From positions 16,492,001-16,556,000 of the forward strand of contig OZ024755.1 of NCBI GenBank assembly GCA_964016885.1: 64,000 bases of DNA. Reading direction: 5' to 3'. The position numbers and the translations under genes are program-made. Below the pieces are notes generated by a model that had not been told where the DNA came from, did no database searches, and saw nothing but the letters and a program-made list of their open reading frames with translations. Below, piece after piece: positions 55,629 to 64,000 of this stretch (within the stretch, counting starts at the first letter, position 1; each line of letters opens with the position of its first letter). This DNA comes from Eledone cirrhosa. Taxonomy: Eukaryota.

Positions 55629-55630
<2 letters not shown>
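55438..55630 (+). mobile_element. Family A fold-back element in (TA)n
   Basis: About 55-bp arms centred on helix II GACGGCTAATTCT/AGAATTAGCCGTC, plus tail. Confidence 0.82.
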
Positions 55631-55692
<62 letters not shown>

Positions 55693-55693
<1 letters not shown>

Positions 55694-55890
55694 GCAAAGA
55701 AGTGTGGTAAGATACCCAGGTGGACCATAACACACCAGAGTACTCGATACTTAGGGTAGTAGAGTGGGTAATAGGAAAAGAGTCAGGACCACGACGGCTG
55801 AGCACCGACCGTTTCGACAGTTAGGTCCGAACAGTTCGGATCTTGCTATCGAAACGGCTGGAGCTCAACCATTGGAGTCCTGACTCTTCT

Positions 55891-55893
<3 letters not shown>
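55693..55893 (-). mobile_element. Family A (variant) fold-back element in (TA)n
   Basis: Reverse-complement tail, then GAGTCAGGAC...CCGTTTCGA...TCGAAACGG...GTCCTGACTC. Confidence 0.75.
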
Positions 55894-55934
<41 letters not shown>

Positions 55935-55939
<5 letters not shown>

Positions 55940-56652
55940 ACAGAACACACTCACTGTTTGGTTGGTTTTCGCTTCTGTATCTTTTATATCTCCACAGTTA
56001 ATTCATTTGGTCCTCAATGTTTGTCATTGGCTGACAAACGGTCAAAAATACAGATATAAACACATATAGTCTAACAAAGTTCTTTCGTTGCACATCTGCA
56101 ACATCATCAGTGGTACTATTATGTTTCCTCCTGTTATATTGTATGTCTACGCCATTTTTATTTTATCTGTTTATTTATCTATTTATTTATTTTTGTCTTC
56201 TCTGCGCATGCGTTTGTGTATAGTGTTTGGTGTGTGTTCGCGTTTGTGTGACTGTGTTTTGGTTATTGTATTCTATCTTAGTTTACTAGTGTGTGTTTAT
56301 ATGTGTTTGTTGTTATTGTGCTTGTGTATATATTTATTTATAAACAGATAAAATAAAAATGGCGTAGACATACAATACATCAGGAGGGACATAATAGTAC
56401 CACTGATGATGTTGCAGATGTGCAACGAAAGAACTTTGTTAGACTATATATATATGTGTTTATATCTATATTATATCTGTATTTTTGACCGTTGGTCAGT
56501 CAATGATAAACATTGAGGACCAAATGAATTAACTGAGGAGATATAAAAGCTACAGAAGTGAAAACCAACCAAACAGTGAGTGTGTTCTGTTATTATTTCT
56601 GGCAATATTTGTTTCGACACACGATTTCATATCAAAAACCTCGCAAAACAAA
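55935..56652 (+). mobile_element. Family F: about 240-bp inverted repeat (55935-56174 and 56340-56595) plus tail, TA-flanked, with an HHR in each arm
   Basis: CTGATGA-T-GTTGCA-GATG-TGCAAC-GAAA-GAACTT at 56403 (plus), mirrored at 56067-56118 (minus). Confidence 0.82.
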
Positions 56653-56914
56653 TATATATATATATATATGCGTGTGTATATGTATATATATATATATATA
56701 TATACTTGTATCCGATTTAGAATAGGGTTAGTGTCAGGGGGAAGGGCGACGGTCATCCGGCTGTAAAAAACTGCCTCACGAAGTCCCGTCCAACCCATGC
56801 CAGCAAAGGAAAAACGACGTAAAAACGGGTCAAAACAATGACGACGATGATGCATACCCTAGTATAGCCATAGCTACAGTGTAATGATTGAAACCAGTCA
56901 AAGAATCAGAATAT

Positions 56915-56950
<36 letters not shown>

Positions 56951-57082
56951 CATGAGTATGTGGTATACTCAGCCACACAGTCTATATAATTCAATAGAGA
57001 GGCAGTTCAGTTGATTGAACAACTTAAATACCTATATATGTGTTTGTATTAGTAACCATTTCCCATACTTTCATCTGGTTGG

Positions 57083-57128
<46 letters not shown>

Positions 57129-57137
57129 CTCTATATA

Positions 57138-57208
<71 letters not shown>

Positions 57209-57237
57209 GTGTGTGTATATATATAAAAATTATATAT

Positions 57238-57375
57238 AAAGTTTATACCGGGTTCACAGTAAGTAAGGTACTCAATACATAGAGTATAAATATTTAATAT
57301 AGAAATCATCAAGAAGCCCTGATGATTTCTCCCGAATGAAACAGCTCTAGTCCTGTAGAAGCCATTTCTATATTA
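57238..57375. mobile_element. Family C fold-back element with HHR core at 57319
   Basis: CTGATGATTTCTCCCGAATGAAACAGCTCTAGTCCTGTAGAAGCC plus the reverse-complement tail. Confidence 0.72.
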
Positions 57376-59096
57376 TATATTATATATATATATACACACA
57401 CATATATATATATATACACGTATATATATATTGTTTGGAGATATTTCTGTTATCACAGCTGGATGTCCTTCCTACTGCTAATCATTCAACTGTGAAACAA
57501 GGAATGGAGGAAGGGGCTGTTTAATCTTTCTTGGTCCTCTGACCAACTGGAGCAGAACTACTACTATGTTACATATACACTACATGTCCAATTCCACAAT
57601 GGTTTCTACTTTGGGCTCAAGGCCAGCAATTATCCCAGTGCTTTACTGGTGCTTTATTTTATCGACCCTTGAAGGGTGAAAGGCAAAGTTTACCCCGGCG
57701 GGATTTGAACTCATTATTTAACGTCCCCTTTCCCCGCTAAGCAAGGGTTGGACAGGTCTACATAGACCAAATCAGTACTGAAGCGAGGCTCCTGACCTCC
57801 CTCCTAGACAGGCCGGTGGGTCAGCATCTCGCTTATGCATGATGTTACATTCTATCAAGAGCACAGGAAAGGTTGCCATGTTTTTAACACAACTGAAGGG
57901 TCCTCTCAAACCTTTGTTTGGCAAACCTTCTACGGTTGGGTGCCCTTCATACCACCAACCACTTTACAGCATGTACTAGGTGCTTTTATCATGTAGATAA
58001 CCAACACTAGAGAAGCTATCATGTCCTTGACATGATGCCCTTCCTATTACCAACCACTTTACAGTATGTACTGGGTACTTTCATCATGCAGATCTCCAAC
58101 ACTAGGGAGGTTGTCTTGTTCTTGACATGACTGAGGGTTCCTCCCAGCTCTTTGTTAGGCAACCTTTCTATCACTTAATGCATACCAAAATAAAAAGATG
58201 ATATTGTCATCGCTAGAAAATCTTTAATCATAAGAACTGTTCAACCACTGCTAAACTGGGGTTAAACAACAACAACATCAACAATAGCATCATCATTACC
58301 ATCGTCGTATGTATTCTGATGTCAGTGATAAAATGAATGCCATCGATATACTTCTTTGTACTAAGACGTAGTTCTGTGTTTTCTTTTGCTTCTTACTTAC
58401 CTTGATGTGAGTCAGAATGAGAATATAGGAATGACACAGAATGAGAATATAGGAATGACACAGAATGAGAATATAAGAATGACACAGTCCATTGATCAAT
58501 TCTTCTTCACAAGTCTGTTATAATACTTATATCAAGTCGTGTGTGTACATGTATGTTTGTTTGTATGCTTATGTATGTATGTATGTATGTATGTATGTAT
58601 ATGTGCTTATGTATATATATGCACTTATGTATGTTTATGTGCTTATGTGTGTATGAGCGTATGTGTGTGTATGTATGTCAATGTACTTATGTGTATATGT
58701 GTGTTTTTTGTTTTTGATGCATATATAGAAGCGTGTATATGTGTGTTAAGTGTGTGTATGTGTGTTTTTGTTTGTGGTGCATATATAAAAGTGTGCGTAT
58801 GTGTGTTTTGTGCTTATACAAAAGTGTGTATATGTTTATATTTTTCTTTGTGGCACTTATATCGTGTGTCTATGTGTATGTATGTATTTTTGTTTGTGGT
58901 GCATATAAAAGTGTGTGTACATGTATTTTTTTTATTGTTGCGGTTCTTATTCAAAAGTTTATGTATGCATGTGTTTGTGTGTGTATTTTTCTTTGAGGCA
59001 CCTATATCGTGTGTTTATGTGTATGCTTGTGTGCTTTTGTTTGTATATTCTTTATGGCACCTTCATTTTTCTTTGTTGCACCTATATAAAAGTGTT

Positions 59097-59165
<69 letters not shown>

Positions 59166-59384
59166 GTGTGTATAGATCTCTTTGAAGTATAGAATTCAAT
59201 GGAAATAACAACAAACAACACAACAAAATAAGACACTAGGTCTATATTATATATTTTGAGGTGAAATTTTTCCGACTTATTCATCGCCAGTGAAACCTTA
59301 ACTGTAATGTAACACCTGTACTTTTTTCCAGTATAATAAAGTACTAGTCAGGTACTGAGGTCACTGTAAACCCCCCCCCCCTCC

Positions 59385-59710
59385 CATGCTTTGTAGCATA
59401 GAATTACGCTTCTTTACGGTCTGAGTTCAAATCTCGCCGAGGTTGACTTTGCCTTTCATCCTTACGGGGTCGATAAAATAAAGTACCAGTAATGCACTGG
59501 GTAATTGCTGGCCTTGTGCCTAAAGTAGAAACAATTATTATTAGAACCTTTAAGGCAGTGGATTGACAGAATCGGTAGAGTGCCAAATAACAGGCTGTAT
59601 AGTGCTTAGTGGCGAATCTTTACGTTCTGAGTTCAAATACCGTAGAGGTTAGCTTTGCGTTTCATCCTTACAGGGTCGATAAAACAAAGCACCAGTAATG
59701 TACTGGTAAC
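59385..59710 (+). mobile_element. Two consecutive SINE S1 copies
   Basis: S1 centre and tail twice (59385-59540 and 59557-59710). Confidence 0.78.
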
Positions 59711-59742
59711 AATGGTCGACGTGATGATGATGAAACATTATG

Positions 59743-59803
<61 letters not shown>

Positions 59804-60231
59804 CTCTGCTTCAGGTAATTCTCAGAAAGATCATCAATCGTCACAAAGGCCACGAAGAAGACACTTGTACAGCAATATCTAAAAATATACAGGATGAATA
59901 TTAACATTTTAACAACCAATTTTCTATGCCACAATGGACATTTGATAATTAGCTGTTAAAATGTTATAGGGAAGGTAGGGAGAGAAGTTGTCTGTTCTTG
60001 TCGACTGGCATTGGTTACACTTATAGTCATTCATTATGTTTTCATACTGAATGTCAGTTCATGAATTTTGCAAATTCCGTTTTTTTTTTTACTATTCTTT
60101 GTAACCTATAAGAGAAAGATCTCCTTTAGATATAACTCTATGTATGTAGGATATATACACACGTATACACATATTTGATATATATATATACACATATATA
60201 TTTGATATATACGTATATATTATTATTATTA

Positions 60232-60420
60232 TGGTGAATTGGCAGTATCGGTAGAGGGTCGGACGCCATGCTTTGACGCATAGAGTTACGGCCCTTGCCA
60301 TTCTGAGTTCAAATCGCGCCGAGGTTGACTTTGCCTTTCATCCTTACGGGGTCGATAAAATAAAGTACCAGTAATGCACTGGGCAATTGCTGGCCTTGTG
60401 CCAAAAGTAGAAACAATTAT
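60232..60420 (+). mobile_element. SINE S1
   Basis: Full head-to-tail match to S1. Confidence 0.85.
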
Positions 60421-60514
60421 TATTATTTTTAGCATCAAAATCTCGTAGATTCGATATTATGTGAGATATTGTGTAAGATAAAGCCTTTCTTACAAAAAAT
60501 ACAATAGTATATAT

Positions 60515-60697
60515 AATTGTCTCTACTTTAGGCACAAGGCCAGCAATTACCCAGTGCATTACTGGTACTTTATTTTATCGACCCCGTAAGGATGAAAGGC
60601 AAAGTCAACCTCGGCGGGATTTGAACTCAGATCGTAAAGGGACGTAACTATGCTGGAAAGCATGGCGTCCGACCCTCTACCGATACTGCCAATCCAC
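60515..60697 (-). mobile_element. SINE S1
   Basis: Reverse complement, nearly identical to the 40778 array units. Confidence 0.88.
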
Positions 60698-62175
60698 TGC
60701 CTACAATAGTATATATAATGTAAATGGTAAAGGGTTAAAATGCCCAAGACAGGTCATATGTGAGGACAGCACACACACTCACACCTCCATCTTTGTGTAT
60801 GGTAGTTAGAAATAGCTACTAATGTTGTTGGTTGGTGACATAATCACATGAAGATTAACTGCAACAGATTTGTGACTAGCCTGGAGGTACATTCTACTCT
60901 TTGTATACAGCAACTAACTTTCTGGAAAGTATCTGTCGGTGGTGGTAATAGTACTGATGATTGTGGTGGTGGTGGTACTAGTGGTGGCGGTGCTGCTGCT
61001 GGTAGTGGTAATGGTGGTGGTGATGATGATAGTGGTGGTGGTGGTGGTGGTGATTGGTACTAGTGGTGGCGGTGCTGCTGCTGGTAGTGGTAATGGTGGT
61101 GGTGATGATGATAGTGGTGGTGGTGGTGGTGGTGATTGGTACTAGTGGTGGCGGTGCTGCTGCTGGTAGTGGTAATGGTGGTGGTGATGTTGATAGTGGC
61201 AATGATAGTGGTGGTGGTGGTGATTGGTACTAGTGGTGGCGGTGCTGCTGCTGGTAGTGGTAATGGTGGTGGTAAAAATGGCAGTGGTGGTGATGTTGAT
61301 AGTAGCAGTGGTGGTGGTGGTACTAGTGACGGTGCTGGTAGTGGTAATGGTGGTGGTGGTGCAGTTTATGTTTGTGATAACAGTGCAAGTAATGTTTGTA
61401 ATGGTTTTAAAGTCTGTCTATATATACAGCAGGTTGAACACTGAATTGAAGTTGTAATTTGAGTCTGTTGAAAAAAATAAAATAGAAATAATAATAATAA
61501 TAATAATGCTTTCTTTATTAACCACAAGGGTTTACATAAAGTAGACATTAAGGACAGTACAGGACGGTACAAATGGGCATTTCTGCGTGTAAAAAAAAAC
61601 AAAAACAGAGGATGTAACAAAAAAATAACAATGAAAAGTTCCCCAATAGGGGAACATTTGTGGAGAACATCCGAGGGGCATTTGTGGAGAAAGCCCATTA
61701 AAAGACCACCAGGGCAAGTGCCCTCTCCCAGTTTTCCACCTTTAATTTACAGACACATACTCAGAGTAGGCCCCCCCCCCCCCCCATTCACTCGGGCCAT
61801 ACTTGCTTCTCTCACCCATCTTTCAACAAAATGCTGGGAAGAGAGCACTTCCCTCTCTACCCTGATTTTCCTTTTCAAATGAAAAATAATAATAGTAATA
61901 ATAATAATAGCGAACCTCAGCAACTTTCATATGGTTTCAACGAATCGGTAGAGCATCAGACAAAGTTCCTAGTGGTATTTAGTAATGGCCTTTTACAATC
62001 TGGACTCAAATCTTGCTGAGGTCAACTATACCCTCCATCCTTCTGGGTTCGATAAAATAAAGTACTAACTGGTATCTGTAGTGTGTATATATCGTATTAT
62101 CTATGAATGTATGTGTGTGCGTGTATATATATATCTATATATATGTGTGTGTGTATATATATATATCTATATATA

Positions 62176-62272
<97 letters not shown>

Positions 62273-62439
62273 GTTTGTGTGTGTGTGTATGTTTGTGTGT
62301 GTGTGTATGTGTGAGTGTGTATATATAATTATATATATATATATATATATGTATATATTACTCTATTATGTGTTCCAGTCGATAGGGTGAGGCCGTGCTG
62401 GGGCACCGCCCGCAGGTCTCGAACCCACACCTGAAATAT

Positions 62440-62830
62440 ACTGTTGAGCCATGCTTACCATGGAAGAAAACAGTGAACAAGCTCCGATGAATGTGTAATG
62501 TTTGGTGTGCATGAACGACAAAAGCACAGCTGAGTTGAGAGAGAAATTAAGGTATAAGAGGAGGAATCAGATGCCATGTGCAAGAGAGAGAGTGAGAGTG
62601 AGAGAGAGCTGTGCTGGTTATGGAGATGGAGATATAATGTGTATTGGATAAGGGCAGTTGGGTAAAGAAAGAGGTGTCTGGAGATTCAAATGGAAGAAAG
62701 ATGCCTAGAGGTGAAAGTTGATCTCAGGATGTTGAACCTCAGAAAAGAAAGCAACAATTGGTGAAACACTGAGTTTGAAGGAGAGGATTTGTCCAACCCC
62801 TGCAAGTAGGGGAAAATGACTATAAAAAAT
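62440..62830 (+). pseudogene. Decayed RTE-type LINE 3' end
   Basis: Patchy frames LR*MCNV..VHERQ-STAELREKL-IRCHVQER..LCW resemble RTE C-termini. Confidence 0.55.
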
Positions 62831-63074
62831 GCTGCTGCTGTTGAGGAGGAAGATGAGGGTGGATGGTGGTGAGATTTTTTTTTGGGGGGGGGGGGGGGGT
62901 CAGTCAAACCCATGCAAGTAGGGGGAAAATGAATATTAAATAGCTGCTGCTGAGGATGGTGGTGATGCTGATGATTTTGATGATGTATGTTCCTAGAATG
63001 GGTTTGAACTCATTGACATTGGTTTCTACTTAGTTAAAAAGGATGTTCCAATTTTGGTTATTTTTAGACATTGT

Positions 63075-63395
63075 ATAACTGGCACTCCATCGGTTACAAC
63101 AACGAGTGTTCCAGTTGATTGGATCAACGGAACAGCCTGCTCAGGAAATGTTTCGTACGTGTGTCTGATCATTCCATAGATACATGTTCCCTTAATGTAG
63201 CTCTCAGGGAGATTCAGCATGGCACAGAATATGAAAAAGCTGGCCCTTCAAATTACAAGTACAACTCGTCTTTGCCAACTGAGTGGACTGGAGTAACATA
63301 GAATAAAGTGTCTTGCTCAAGGACACAACACGCTGCCAGGAATCGAACTCACAACCTTATAGACCTAATCTCAATACTCTAACCACTAAGCCACT
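63075..63395 (-). mobile_element. tRNA-derived SINE S2 (OR-like)
   Basis: Reverse complement of the 51900-52210 family (AAGTGTCTTGCTCAAGGACACAA, GGAATCGAACTC). Confidence 0.78.
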
Positions 63396-63630
63396 CACCA
63401 CCACACACATTGTATATCTAATATTTTCCAGTGTCAGTATTCATTCAAAACAACTGGGTGACACCCTCTTTTTCCCCCTCAACATAACACACACACACAC
63501 ACATCATGATCATCGTTTAACATTCATTTTCCATGCTTGCATGGGGATTAGACGGGTTGTCACATTATGAGACAGGTCAGGTGACCATGTCTTGCTCATA
63601 CAGATATGTATTATATATGGCCAACTGAAT

Positions 63631-63696
<66 letters not shown>

Positions 63697-63733
63697 ATCA
63701 CTCTTTACTTTCTATTTATCTTCTATTTCTAAA

Positions 63734-63766
63734 TCTTCTGATGAAGAACTAGTGTCCGAAACGTCA
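63734..63766 (+). ncRNA. HHR, family B (GUC triplet; helix I disrupted)
   Basis: TCTT-CTGATGA-AGAACTAGTGTCC-GAAA-CGTC. Confidence 0.58.
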
Positions 63767-64000
63767 CCACTCTCTTCCTGCTAGTTCAAGCGTTAATCTA
63801 ATATATTTCTTCCATGTACTGTGCCGTTTGTATTGTTGTTTTTGTTATTTCTGTTTACCTTTTACATATATATACATATCCACCTGTGTACATATTGTTC
63901 TACAGAATATGTATTTGGTATATATACAATATACTGTGTTCCCTATACGATATATGGCTCTTTCTCTCTCTCTATATATACATCTTTTTCATGTTGTACA

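Overview
AT-rich, microsatellite-saturated eukaryotic non-coding DNA with (TA)n, (CA)n, (TC)n and (ACC/GGT)n tracts. The tRNA-derived SINE families and repeat landscape suggest an octopod cephalopod genome; this is an inference. No intact protein-coding gene is supported, and almost all ORFs in the track are microsatellite translations. Real coding remnants are a 5'-truncated, disrupted Penelope-like element (RT YLDD to Zn-linker to GIY-YIG, about 35.0-36.6 kb, minus strand) and four RTE-type LINE fragments. There are also many tRNA-SINEs (one 4-copy head-to-tail array), mariner/Tc1, hAT and piggyBac-like MITEs, and several minisatellites. The main hidden signal, read by eye, is a dense and diverse set of type I hammerhead ribozyme (HHR) motifs: about 15 with intact CUGAUGA/GAAA cores plus about 6 degenerate ones, from at least 6 unrelated sequence families. 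They sit in short non-coding elements inserted into (TA)n/(CA)n tracts. Many share the layout (TA)n - inverted partial copy - element - tail - (TA)n, and in one family the fold-back pivots exactly on the ribozyme's own helix II or helix III. Coordinates were counted by hand and element edges are approximate.
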